A stretch of DNA of 64,000 nucleotides, from NCBI GenBank assembly GCA_963666835.2, contig CAXXGO010000001.1:384001-448000 (forward strand), given 5' to 3'. Below are positions 19,193-29,313 of this stretch, piece after piece. Made by a program: the position numbers and the translations under genes. Each line of letters opens with the position of its first letter. The stretch's first letter is position 1. The notes under the pieces were generated by a model. The model was not told the DNA's origin. It worked only from the letters and a program-made list of their open reading frames with translations, and searched no databases. Origin of the DNA: Phycisphaerae bacterium. GTDB lineage: Bacteria; Planctomycetota; Phycisphaerae; UBA1845.

Positions 19193-19606
19193 ATGTTGAT
19201 ATCTGCAGAAGAACAGAAGCCGACGGTCTCGATCGAGCTGACGCCGATGATCGACATGGTCTTTTTGCTGCTGATCTTCTTCCTGGTGGCCACGACGTTT
19301 CGCCAGGAAGAAAGGGAGATGCAGATCGCTCTGCCCTTTGCCAGTTCGACGGCTCCGATCAGTACGATGCTGCGCGAGCTGATCGTCAACGTTGATGCCG
19401 ACGGGGCGATTATCGTCGGCGGCCGGCGGATCGATGAGGACGCCCTGCAGAAGATCATCACCGATGCCGTAGCCGGTAACCCGGAGCAGAAGGTCACCGT
19501 GCGCGGAGATCGCGGAACGGCTTATGCCAATGTGGTTCGAGTGCTGGATGTCTGCAAGGTCGGTGGTATTCAAGAACCCTACCTCGACACGGTGTTGCCC
19601 GAATGA
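19193..19606 (+). CDS. ExbD/TolR biopolymer transport protein
   Basis: IELTPMIDMVFLLLIFF with the conserved TM Asp, and VRGDR...YANVVRVLD. Confidence 0.92.
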   Translation: MLISAEEQKPTVSIELTPMIDMVFLLLIFFLVATTFRQEEREMQIALPFASSTAPISTMLRELIVNVDADGAIIVGGRRIDEDALQKIITDAVAGNPEQKVTVRGDRGTAYANVVRVLDVCKVGGIQEPYLDTVLPE

Positions 19607-22600
19607 GTGGTGCGTCTTCCGCAAGCCCGCCGCCCGGTGAGAAGGCCGCTCCGAAGCGGTCCTGGTGTCGCCGCTTGATGATAGGCGCGGCGATACTCGT
19701 GGGGATCGACGCGGCTACGGTGGCGGCGGTGCTTTGGCCGCGGACCATGGTGTTCTATACGGATGCCGACACGATTCGCGTACCGGCGCAGGTCGCGGCG
19801 CTACGCGAGGTTCTCTGGCAGCCGCCCGTGCAGCTTCCTGATCTGATCAATACCGAATCCGACGATTACGAGCCCCGGCTAAGTGCCGATGGAATGACAC
19901 TATACTTCGTGCGCGGTAAGGCCGGCGATAATGCCGACGTGTACCGTTGCACCCGCACGCCGGACGGTTGGACCGAGCCCGTTCCCGTGGTGGAATTGAA
20001 CACGGAGTATGACGAGCTGGGGGCGGAGCCTTCGGCGGACGGGCGGTCCATTTACTTCTACAGTAATCGCCCCGGGGGGCAAGGCGGCTACGATCTCTGG
20101 GCGATCCATCGCGGGCTCGACGGAGAGTCGGGATTCTCAGCTCCGGTGAACCTGGGGCCGAGAGTCAACTCGGAGTACAACGACTACGGTCCGGCGCTTA
20201 CGGCCGACGGCAAAACACTGTACTTCGCTTCGAACCGACCGCAGCCGCGCGACGCCGACCAGCCCGATCCGGACGCCTGGCCGGGGACAATTCGCGAGGA
20301 CCTGTACCACCGCACCTATGACTTGTTCATGGCACCGCTGACCGAGCAGGGCCCGGGAGACGCGCGACCTTTGGCGGCGTTGAACACGCCGTACAACGAG
20401 GGCGCCCCCGCGGTCAGCCCGGTGGGGGACTTCGTGTACTTTGCCTCCGATCGCCCCGGCGGCGAAGGGGCTTTTGATGTCTATCGATCCCGCCGGCTCC
20501 GCGGCGTCCACCAGCCGGCGGACAACTTGGGCGACGTCGTCAACACGGCGGCCAACGAGCTGGACCCGGGCATGACTCTCGGAGGATTCGCTCTCTATTT
20601 CAGTTCCGACCGGCCGGCGCAGCGCAGCGATCCGGAAAAGCCCAACCCGTATCATGTGTTTCAGACGACCTCCCGCGAGGTCTTCACGGAGACCGAAACC
20701 CGGCAGGTGTCCATCGACTGGGCGGCACTGTGGTCCGAAGTGGGGCCGAACCTGCTGTGGGCGTTGTTGGCGTTGCTGTTGCTTCTGCTCCTGCTAGTGG
20801 TCTTCAGAGACCTTCAGCGTCGCCGGCTCAGCTTGTTGGCCCGGTGTTTGCTCGCCTCCATTGCGGCCCATCTGCTGTTAATGTTGCTGTTCAACGTGTG
20901 GGGCGTGACCGTCTCGCTTGCCCGAGAGTTGAAAGGCCGCGGGCGCATTCAGATTGCGCTCGCTGCCCCGGTGAAAGGCAATGACATTTCCACCCAGATC
21001 CGCGGGGAGTTCACCGAGGTTGACACTCCGCCTCCCGTTCAACTGGAAAGTGAGCGAGCGGCGAGCGAGATTGCTGTAGAACCTGTTGCCGAACCGGCGA
21101 ATCCCGGCTTTGACCATCAACCCGTGCGGTTCGAGCATCGTTTGCTGGTCGACAGGCGAGTTGTAGAGGCTGAACCCGAGTCCCGCCCGGATGTTCCGGA
21201 TTCCACCCCGGATTCGACGCGCACCGAACGCAAAGAGGCTTTGGACTTGGCGGTGCCGTTCGAGGAACGCCGGGTAGATGCGGCGGAGGAAGCTTCTTCG
21301 TTTTCCCCGGATCCCGTTGCCGATTCTGCCGGCGCTCGCATGGCGATCGACCGGGTCGAGCGGGATACGACCGCGGCGGACCAACCGATCGAGCTTCCGC
21401 CGGATCGGCTTTCGGAATACACCCGTTTGCCGCGACGCAGTCTGGCCGAGTTTGCGCCGAATCGACCTCCACGCGTTGACGTTCCCTCGCCGGTTCCTTC
21501 GGTTGGTGGAACGGCGGTTTGTCAGGTTTCGGAAGCTGAGTTTGGATTAGCTTTGCCGAAGGATGACCGCCGGATCAGTGATTCGGAGAACGGTTCGGCA
21601 CCCGCGCCGGCTCCGGTGGCCGAGGTGCTGAGCGAGCGCCTGGCCATCGACCGGATCGAGCGAGTTCCGGCCGTGGCGGACCAACCCATCGAGCTTCCAC
21701 CGGATCGGCTTTCGGAAGATACGCGTTTGCCGCGGCATAGCCTCGCGGAGTTCGCGCCGAATCGTCCTGTTGTGGTCGACGTACCGTCGCCGAATCCGTC
21801 GGTCGACGAGGCGGCGGCTTGGCAAGCCCCGGAAGCGCAGCTTGGATTGGCCCTCCCGCACGACGAGCGCAGGGTTCAGGAGGCGGAAGATGCCTCCATA
21901 ACCCGGCCCGTTCCTGTTGCCGACGCGACGAGCGCGCGCTTGGCGGTGGATTCCGTAGATGGCGTTTCGGAGGTGTCCGATTACCCGGTAGAACTTGTTC
22001 CAGACCGGGTGGTTGACGATCTTCGCATGCCACCGCGTAGCTTGGCTGCGCGTACGCCGAACCGAGCCTCCAACGTCGAGGTTTCTTCTCCGACTCTATT
22101 GGCCGATGCCACAACGGTATCATCACCGCCGACCTTCGAGTTGGATCTGGCGCTGCCGCAGGCTCAGCAACCCGGGGTCGATCAGGAGCACAGCCAACTG
22201 CCCGCGGCCGAGATGCCCGAATCGGTTCGGTCGAAGTTGTCCCCGCGTACGGTGACCAGTCCGGACGTCCCCGTTGTTTCTACTATGAAACCCGCAAGCC
22301 CGGCGACTGCGGGAAACGCGACCAGCCTGGCCGATGCAAGCCGTCCACGGGAGAGCGATTTGCCTGGAGCCGCGAATATGACCGCGCCGATCAGAGCCGA
22401 CGGTCTTGATACCCCCTACGTTCCGAATGCCGATCTGGCTCTGCCGACGGTCGAGGAGATTCCCGCGGATGTGCGGAATGAGCCCGCGGTCCTTCCCCAA
22501 GGGACGGTCGTTGACGGGCTCCGCAAGACGCTGCCGCTGATCATGGATGTTGACACACCCGAGTCACCACGGTTATTCGATCCGATCCCGCACCTGCCGT

Positions 22601-24495
22601 TTTCGGCGCAACTGGCGCAGCACGGACTGCCGCTACGGAAGCCGCGAACGGAAGGGGCGGCGGTGGCCGTGCCGGGTCTTGCTGTTTCAGCTCCCCGCGA
22701 TCACGATTCCCTGACGCCGAGTCAGGCGATTCCGAATCTGCGTCTCCCCGGCGAGGTGGTTCTGCCGGACGATACGTACGCCCAGCGGGCCCGGGCCCAG
22801 CGGTTGGCTGTGGTTAAGGGAATGGGCGGTAGCGAGGCCACCGAAGAGGCGGTGCGTTTGGCTCTGAAGTGGCTGGCGGCACACCAGAGCGATGACGGGC
22901 GGTGGGACGGCCGCGACTTCGACGATAATTGCGGAGAGTGCGGCGGCCAGACGGATATCGAAATCGATACGGCTCTTACCGGACTGGCTCTGCTTTGTTT
23001 CCTGGCGGCGGATCATACGAATGTCAAGGAGGGTCCATACCGCGCGAACGTCGAGCGCGGTTTACAGTGGCTACTCCGGCGACAAGCGCCCAACGGCGAC
23101 TTCCGCGGTGAGGAGACCATGTACAGCCAGGGCATCGCCACGATCGCGCTGGCGGAAGCGTACGGCATGACCCGTGATTCTCGTCTGGCGGAACCGCTCC
23201 GCAAAGCCGTTCGTTTCATCGACCAGGCGCGCGATCCATCCAGCGGTGTGTGGCGCTACGAGCCCGGTCAGCCCGGTGACACCTCCGTGTTGGGATGGCA
23301 GATCATGGCGTTCAAGAGTGCCCGCGAAGCCGGCCTCGAGGTGCCGATGGATCCGTTCGTTGCCGCGCGCGATTGGCTGGATGATGTCAGCCCGTCGTCA
23401 CATCCCGGGCTGTATGCATATCAACCGGGACAGCGCGTCACGGTTACGATGACGGCCGAAGGTTTGTTCATACAACAATTGCTCGGCCGGCGGCGTAGCG
23501 AGCCGCGTATGCAAGAGTCGGTTGCGGTTGTCCTGGATCACCTGCCGGGTTCGGACGACGATTTCAACACGTATTTTTGGTACTACGGTACGTTGGCTCT
23601 GTTTCATCATCAGGGCGAGGCCTGGCGGACCTGGAACGAGGCCCTTACCGAACAGCTTCTCACGCGGCAACGCCGGGACGGTTCGGCGGCGGGAAGCTGG
23701 AATCCGGAGGGCAAGTGGGCCAAGCTCGGTGGGCGCATATACCAGACGACCCTCTGCACGCTGATGTTGGAGGTGTACTATCGCTACTTACCCCTCTTCC
23801 TACAAGAGCGACCGTTAGAGGCGATCGGGACGATAACGGGGCGGGTGACCCACGCCGAGACCGACGCTCCGATTGCCGGCGCGCGGGTCCGACTGGATCT
23901 GCCCGACAGTGCTCCGATCGAGGTCGTAACCGATACGCTCGGGCGGTATTCCCTCTTCCCGCCGGAAGTGCCAACGTTCTTTGCGCTGTCGGCGTCGGCC
24001 GAAGGCTATCTGCCGGATTCGAAAAACGTAGCCACCGCCATGGTGAAAGGTGCCGAGTTGGCTCTTGACTTCTCCTTGGAAGAAGAGACCCAGAGCATCG
24101 TGGCGTTGGAGTCCGAGCCCGAGGTTCATCACCTCGGTGACGACCAGTTTGACGGCCGGATCAACAGCCAGTTCCAACGAAAGGCCGAAGGCTCTCGATA
24201 TACGGGTTCTTTCACGCTCTCGGCCAGGCAGCTTCCGCCGCACTACAACACGGCGGAGATCACCATATTGGTCAAAGGGGTACAGCTTTCGAGTCGGATC
24301 AGGGTTAACGGGCGGACTATCCCGACCCGGCTGGACTGGTCGCCGCGCGATGGCAGCTTCGGTGAGTTCACCGCTTCCCTCAATCCGGACTTACTGCGCG
24401 CGGGTGACAACACCTTCGAGATCCTTTCCAGCTCCACCGGGTCCGATATCGACGACTTCGAGTTCGTCAACATTCAGATCCACCTCTCGCCGTAA
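19603..24495 (+). CDS. large membrane protein: PD40/TolB-like propeller, TonB/TolA-like TM, Pro-rich linker, prenyltransferase/squalene-oxidase-repeat barrel, carboxypeptidase-regulatory-like and beta-sandwich domains
   Basis: Repeated P..SADG..LYF.S.R PD40 units, the SIAAH helix, QW-like motifs (HQSDDGRW, RQAPNGDF, AGSW), GDTSVLGW and GTITGRVT...PIAGARV. Confidence 0.8.
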   Translation: MSGASSASPPPGEKAAPKRSWCRRLMIGAAILVGIDAATVAAVLWPRTMVFYTDADTIRVPAQVAALREVLWQPPVQLPDLINTESDDYEPRLSADGMTLYFVRGKAGDNADVYRCTRTPDGWTEPVPVVELNTEYDELGAEPSADGRSIYFYSNRPGGQGGYDLWAIHRGLDGESGFSAPVNLGPRVNSEYNDYGPALTADGKTLYFASNRPQPRDADQPDPDAWPGTIREDLYHRTYDLFMAPLTEQGPGDARPLAALNTPYNEGAPAVSPVGDFVYFASDRPGGEGAFDVYRSRRLRGVHQPADNLGDVVNTAANELDPGMTLGGFALYFSSDRPAQRSDPEKPNPYHVFQTTSREVFTETETRQVSIDWAALWSEVGPNLLWALLALLLLLLLLVVFRDLQRRRLSLLARCLLASIAAHLLLMLLFNVWGVTVSLARELKGRGRIQIALAAPVKGNDISTQIRGEFTEVDTPPPVQLESERAASEIAVEPVAEPANPGFDHQPVRFEHRLLVDRRVVEAEPESRPDVPDSTPDSTRTERKEALDLAVPFEERRVDAAEEASSFSPDPVADSAGARMAIDRVERDTTAADQPIELPPDRLSEYTRLPRRSLAEFAPNRPPRVDVPSPVPSVGGTAVCQVSEAEFGLALPKDDRRISDSENGSAPAPAPVAEVLSERLAIDRIERVPAVADQPIELPPDRLSEDTRLPRHSLAEFAPNRPVVVDVPSPNPSVDEAAAWQAPEAQLGLALPHDERRVQEAEDASITRPVPVADATSARLAVDSVDGVSEVSDYPVELVPDRVVDDLRMPPRSLAARTPNRASNVEVSSPTLLADATTVSSPPTFELDLALPQAQQPGVDQEHSQLPAAEMPESVRSKLSPRTVTSPDVPVVSTMKPASPATAGNATSLADASRPRESDLPGAANMTAPIRADGLDTPYVPNADLALPTVEEIPADVRNEPAVLPQGTVVDGLRKTLPLIMDVDTPESPRLFDPIPHLPFSAQLAQHGLPLRKPRTEGAAVAVPGLAVSAPRDHDSLTPSQAIPNLRLPGEVVLPDDTYAQRARAQRLAVVKGMGGSEATEEAVRLALKWLAAHQSDDGRWDGRDFDDNCGECGGQTDIEIDTALTGLALLCFLAADHTNVKEGPYRANVERGLQWLLRRQAPNGDFRGEETMYSQGIATIALAEAYGMTRDSRLAEPLRKAVRFIDQARDPSSGVWRYEPGQPGDTSVLGWQIMAFKSAREAGLEVPMDPFVAARDWLDDVSPSSHPGLYAYQPGQRVTVTMTAEGLFIQQLLGRRRSEPRMQESVAVVLDHLPGSDDDFNTYFWYYGTLALFHHQGEAWRTWNEALTEQLLTRQRRDGSAAGSWNPEGKWAKLGGRIYQTTLCTLMLEVYYRYLPLFLQERPLEAIGTITGRVTHAETDAPIAGARVRLDLPDSAPIEVVTDTLGRYSLFPPEVPTFFALSASAEGYLPDSKNVATAMVKGAELALDFSLEEETQSIVALESEPEVHHLGDDQFDGRINSQFQRKAEGSRYTGSFTLSARQLPPHYNTAEITILVKGVQLSSRIRVNGRTIPTRLDWSPRDGSFGEFTASLNPDLLRAGDNTFEILSSSTGSDIDDFEFVNIQIHLSP

Positions 24496-24947
24496 CGCCT
24501 CACCCCGTTGGATAATATCGGGCGTTCGTGCGCATCCTCTGCCGGCGTGGGTAAGGCCCAGCCGCCCCTCGAATACGCCGATCATCATGGAAGATACTGC
24601 GCCACCGGCCGAGGGGTCGTATCGGGGAGATTCGCCCGGGGTCTTCACGGGATTCTCCACCTTTCCCGCGCGGGTGCTCCATCACTTTAGTGGTGGGGGA
24701 CTCACGTGTTCCCGCGAGGGTGGCCCATTGCTTTGGCGGTGGGGGACGCACGTGCGTCACTGTGGACAGACGGGGGAAGGGTCTCGTTCGACCCGGTTGG
24801 TTGCGGTGAAACCCCATTTTCGTTACCTGCGGTCGGCGCAGGGCACGGTATTGTTCGTTTGCGGTCCCAAGTCGTGCCACCGCCCCGAACTGCCGGAGGA
24901 ACGGCCGACTGGGATACAGTTCGTAGACGCCGAAGGATGAGCTGCTA

Positions 24948-27900
24948 ATGTCAGAGTCCACCGTCACAATCCTGACCATCGATGACGATACCCACGTCCG
25001 GCACAGCATAGCTGCTTTCCTGGTGGATCACGGATTCCAGGTGCGCGAGGCCGAAGACGGTCGCGAGGGTCTGGAGCTCTTCCATCAGATCCGGCCGGAT
25101 CTGGTGCTGGTGGATCTGAGGATGCCGAAAGTCAGCGGGTTTGAAGTGATCGACACGATTCTGCGAGAGTCGCCGGGCACGCCGATGGTAGTGATATCCG
25201 GGGTGGGGGTCCTCGCTGACGCCGTCGAGGCTCTGCATCGCGGAGCGTGGGACTACGTGCTCAAGCCTATTGAAGATATGGCGGTATTATCGCACGCGGT
25301 GGACAAGGCTCTCGAGCGGGCTCGACTTCTTCGGCAGAATCGGGAATACCAAGGTAATCTGGAGCGGCAGATCAAGGACCGGACGGCCGAGCTGGAAGCT
25401 TCCAACGCGCAGCTTCTTCAGGAAGTAGAGGAACGCCGGCTCTCGCAGGCGGCGCGCGAGCGGACTCTGCAATACCAGGTCCGAGTCAATCAACTCCAGC
25501 AGGCGTTGTTGGGACCGGGTAGTCTTGAATGTAAGTTGAAGATGGTCACTGACGGCGTGGTTGACATCTTCGGCGGTGATTTCTGCCGTATCTGGTTGAC
25601 CGCGCCTGGGGATTTGTGTGATTCCGGGTGTGTGTACGCTTCCGCGGCCGAAGGGTCGCGCGCGTGCAGTGACCGGGAGCGCTGTTTGCACCTGGTTGCC
25701 AGCTCCGGTAGATACACTCACATTGATGGGATAGAGCACCGGCGGGTGCCGCTCGGACGCTGCAAGATCGGTCGGATTGCCACGGGAGAAGAACGCAAGC
25801 TCGTGATCAATGACGTGAGCCAGGGCTCCTGGCTCCTCGATCATGAATGGGCCGAGGATCTGGGACTCGTTTCGTTCGCGGGTTACCGGCTCCGGCCTCC
25901 CGACGAGGGTATTGTCGGAGTGCTGGTGCTGTTCGCCCAACGCCCTTTAGCGGCCGAGGAAGACGCGCTTCTCGACAGCCTCAGCCACACCGCCGCCCAG
26001 GTAGTCTCCAAGTGCCGGGCCGAGGAGGCGCTGCAAAGGGCGAACCTCGTGGTTGAGAACAGTCCGGCCGTACTCTTCCGGTGGAAGGCTGCCCCCGGTT
26101 GGCCGGTCGAGTTCGTCTCGCAGAACGTGGTGCAGTTCGGATACGCTCCCGAGGAGTTTCTCGACTCAGGCCTGCTCTACAGTTCCATCATGCATCCTGA
26201 TGATCTGAAAACGATGGAAGAAGACGTCGCCGCGCTGGTCCGCGACGGCGGTGATCGTTACGAACAAGAATACCGCATCCTCACGAAAGGCGGTGCAATC
26301 CGATGGGTCGATGAGCGAACCGCGTTAGAGCGGGACGCTTCGGGGCAAGTCACTCATTTCCAGGGTGTTGTCGTTGATATAACCGACCGCAAGCGGATGG
26401 AAGAGGCCCTGCGGGACAGCGAGGAGAAGTTCCGCACCATCAGCCAGTGCGCCCTTGACCCGATTGTCATGATGGACTCGCAAGGCCGCATCTCCTACTG
26501 GAATACCGCGGCGGAGGGTCCGTTCGGCTATACCGCGGACGAGGCGGTCGGGCGAAACCTCCACGAGCTACTCGTTCCGAAGCGGTACCTGCCGACCCAC
26601 CTCCGGGCGTTTCCCACCTTTCAGAGAACCGGACAAGGAGCGGCAATCGGCAAGACTCTGGAGCTGACGGCTTTGCGTAGAGATGGCACCGAGTTCCCCG
26701 TGGAACTTTCGGTCGCTCCCGTTCGTCTACGTGATCAATGGCACGCGGTGGGCATCATTCGAGATATCACCGAGCGCAAACGTGCGGAGAACGAGCTGCA
26801 TCGGGCGAAAGATGCGGCCGAGGCGGCCAGCATGGCCAAAAGCGAGTTCCTCGCCAATATGAGCCACGAGATTCGGACTCCGATGACGGCTATTCTCGGG
26901 TTTTCCGACGTTCTGCTCGAAGACGGCCAAGCTCTGGAAGATCAGCACGAGAGAATGGATGCCGTGAAGATGATCAGGCAGAACGGAGAGTACCTGCTGG
27001 GCATCATCAACGATATCCTTGATCTCTCGAAGATCGAGGCAGGGAAAATGGCGGTCGAGAAGATCGCCTGTTCACCATGCCGTCTTCTGGCTGAAGTGGC
27101 GTCGCTCGGACGGGTGCGGGCTGATGCTAAAGACCTGCCGTTCTCCGTCGAGTACCCGTGGCCCGTTCCAGAGACGATTCAGACCGATCCGACCCGTCTT
27201 CGGCAGATTCTCATTAACTTGGTTGGTAATGCGGTCAAGTTCACCGTGTCCGGCCGAGTGCGCCTTCTTGCCGGGCTGGTCGAAAGCGGTGGTGTGCCGA
27301 AGATGCAGTTTGATGTCGTTGATACCGGCGTGGGGATGACCGAAGAACAGGTTGCCCAGCTCTTCCTCCCGTTCACTCAGGCGGACACGTCCACCACCCG
27401 CAAGTTCGGAGGTACGGGACTGGGACTGACGATCAGCAAACGGCTGGCCGGCCTGCTGGACGGCGACGTTACCGTAGTCGAGACCACTCCCGGAGTCGGC
27501 ACGCGTTTTCGAGTTACGGTGGCGACCGGTCCGTTGGACGGCGTTAAGATGGTCGCGGACCCGATCCGCGCCACGGTCGTTGCGCCGGAAACCGAGGATC
27601 GCAAAGCTGCGTTCGGTCGGTGTGACCTCGTCAACTGCCGGGTGCTTGTTGCCGAGGACAACACCACGAACCGCGTTTTGATCTGCGGTTTGCTTCGCAA
27701 GGTCGGGGCGCAGGTCACGGCGGTGGAAAACGGCGCCTTGGCCGTTGATGCCGCCTTGAGGGCTCGCGATGAGGGCAATCCCTTCACCGTTATCATCATG
27801 GATATGCAGATGCCGGTGATGGACGGCTACGCGGCCACGCGCCTGCTTCGCAAACGGGGATACGACCGCCCGATCGTAGCCTTGACGGCTCATGCGATGG

Positions 27901-28025
27901 CGGGCGATTGTGAAGAATGCCTCCTGGCCGGCTGCGACGCCTACGCGACCAAGCCGGTTGACCGGGCGGGTTTGATCGCGACAATTCGGCAACATGCATC
28001 CGAAGATGCCGAGGCCGCCCGCTGA
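24948..28025 (+). CDS. hybrid sensor histidine kinase (REC-GAF-PAS-PAS-HisKA-HATPase-REC)
   Basis: [14 protein letters not shown]-box, NAVKFT, GGTGLGL, and REC domains at both ends. Confidence 0.93.
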   Translation: MSESTVTILTIDDDTHVRHSIAAFLVDHGFQVREAEDGREGLELFHQIRPDLVLVDLRMPKVSGFEVIDTILRESPGTPMVVISGVGVLADAVEALHRGAWDYVLKPIEDMAVLSHAVDKALERARLLRQNREYQGNLERQIKDRTAELEASNAQLLQEVEERRLSQAARERTLQYQVRVNQLQQALLGPGSLECKLKMVTDGVVDIFGGDFCRIWLTAPGDLCDSGCVYASAAEGSRACSDRERCLHLVASSGRYTHIDGIEHRRVPLGRCKIGRIATGEERKLVINDVSQGSWLLDHEWAEDLGLVSFAGYRLRPPDEGIVGVLVLFAQRPLAAEEDALLDSLSHTAAQVVSKCRAEEALQRANLVVENSPAVLFRWKAAPGWPVEFVSQNVVQFGYAPEEFLDSGLLYSSIMHPDDLKTMEEDVAALVRDGGDRYEQEYRILTKGGAIRWVDERTALERDASGQVTHFQGVVVDITDRKRMEEALRDSEEKFRTISQCALDPIVMMDSQGRISYWNTAAEGPFGYTADEAVGRNLHELLVPKRYLPTHLRAFPTFQRTGQGAAIGKTLELTALRRDGTEFPVELSVAPVRLRDQWHAVGIIRDITERKRAENELHRAKDAAEAASMAKSEFLANMSHEIRTPMTAILGFSDVLLEDGQALEDQHERMDAVKMIRQNGEYLLGIINDILDLSKIEAGKMAVEKIACSPCRLLAEVASLGRVRADAKDLPFSVEYPWPVPETIQTDPTRLRQILINLVGNAVKFTVSGRVRLLAGLVESGGVPKMQFDVVDTGVGMTEEQVAQLFLPFTQADTSTTRKFGGTGLGLTISKRLAGLLDGDVTVVETTPGVGTRFRVTVATGPLDGVKMVADPIRATVVAPETEDRKAAFGRCDLVNCRVLVAEDNTTNRVLICGLLRKVGAQVTAVENGALAVDAALRARDEGNPFTVIIMDMQMPVMDGYAATRLLRKRGYDRPIVALTAHAMAGDCEECLLAGCDAYATKPVDRAGLIATIRQHASEDAEAAR

Positions 28026-28179
28026 GGCGGAGGAGTGATCCCGTCATGATCGTCCTTTCATCACGTTCGTCTCGGCGGCCAATTGATGCTTCACTTATCT
28101 GCCGAGCAGCGAATCGTCCGTTCTGCGATGATTCCAGCTCTCCCCCTTTCACCTCCGAATCTGCCGGGAGAAACCGACG

Positions 28180-29220
28180 ATGGCGCGACTACTGGTACAT
28201 ATTGTCTTGCTCGCAACGATCACGCTTACTCTTACGGGCGAAGCACGTGCCCAGAAACCGCCCGCCTACCGTATCGGAACGGTGCCGTGGGCCGGCTGGT
28301 CACCTCTGCACGTGGCGGAGGCTGAGGGTTTCTGGCGGGACGAAGGGGTTGCCGTAACCGTCGTCAGCTACGATGACCCCGTTATTATTCTCGAGGCAAT
28401 TAAAGCCGAGCGAATCGACTTCGCCATGGACATGGCCGGCTCATTGGTTGGTCTGTATATGGACGGAGTACCGGCCGTCATCCTGGCCGAGACTAACTGG
28501 TCCCACGGCGGCGATAAGATCATAGTCAAGGCCGGTCATGACGTCTCGGAATACCGGGGTGAGCCGATCGGGGTGTTTTTGAAAAAGCCGTCATGTCTCT
28601 ATTTTCTCGATAAATACCTGACGACTGTGGGGCTCCGCGTGGCGGATTTTCGAATAGTGGAGCTCGAGCCGGACGATCTGGCCGCCCAGTTCATCGCCGG
28701 ACGGATCCCGGTAATTCTGGACTACGACCCGCATGCTGTACGAGCGGTGAAGGAGGGGGATGGGCGGGTCCTTGCGAATTCTGCCATGTATGAGGGCTGT
28801 GTTCCCGAGTGCCTGTGGGGGTATCGCGCCCGTGTTCAGCGAGTGCCGGACGAGGATCTAAGGAGAATCCTCCGAGGTTGGATCAGAGCGGTCCGGTGGA
28901 CAAAGGACCCGAAGAACTGGCCAGAATATATGCGTATTCTGAACGACCGCACTTTTGCGAACTTTGGACCCTATACCGAAGTCGAGTTGAGAGAACTGCT
29001 GGGGGCGGTGAAGATCCACTCAGTACCGCAGATGTACGAACGGAATAAGAGCTTCGGCGGGATGAGCGAGTACCTAGTTTCCCTCCGCGCGTTTCTGGAT
29101 CGCAACGATATGCTGAAGAAGGACTATACTGTCGTAGAGCTGCTCGATAATCGTCTCGTCATGGAAGTACTGGAGGCTGAACTTCGCGAGGCACGGGTGA
29201 TCCGGGAGGACTCAGAGTGA
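28180..29220 (+). CDS. periplasmic substrate-binding protein, NMT1/THI5/SsuA-like
   Basis: Signal peptide, WAGWSPLHVAEAEGFW and SHGGDKII. No ABC permease or ATPase is adjacent. Confidence 0.8.
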   Translation: MARLLVHIVLLATITLTLTGEARAQKPPAYRIGTVPWAGWSPLHVAEAEGFWRDEGVAVTVVSYDDPVIILEAIKAERIDFAMDMAGSLVGLYMDGVPAVILAETNWSHGGDKIIVKAGHDVSEYRGEPIGVFLKKPSCLYFLDKYLTTVGLRVADFRIVELEPDDLAAQFIAGRIPVILDYDPHAVRAVKEGDGRVLANSAMYEGCVPECLWGYRARVQRVPDEDLRRILRGWIRAVRWTKDPKNWPEYMRILNDRTFANFGPYTEVELRELLGAVKIHSVPQMYERNKSFGGMSEYLVSLRAFLDRNDMLKKDYTVVELLDNRLVMEVLEAELREARVIREDSE

Positions 29221-29313
29221 TTCGAGATGCGTTACGGTTATGGGTGAACAGCATGTTGACCGGGCACGCCTCCTTGGCGTATTCGGATAAGCGGCGATGG
29301 AGAGGTTGACCGG

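Noticed and set aside
18876..19199. 107-aa protein-coding gene between exbB and exbD
   Set aside because: It consists largely of translated repeats and has no independent support as a gene. It is mentioned only within the minisatellite finding.
22800..23800. Squalene-hopene cyclase
   Set aside because: There is only one barrel and no DxDDTA catalytic motif in the expected position. The membrane/ExbBD context fits the uncharacterised prenyltransferase-repeat family.
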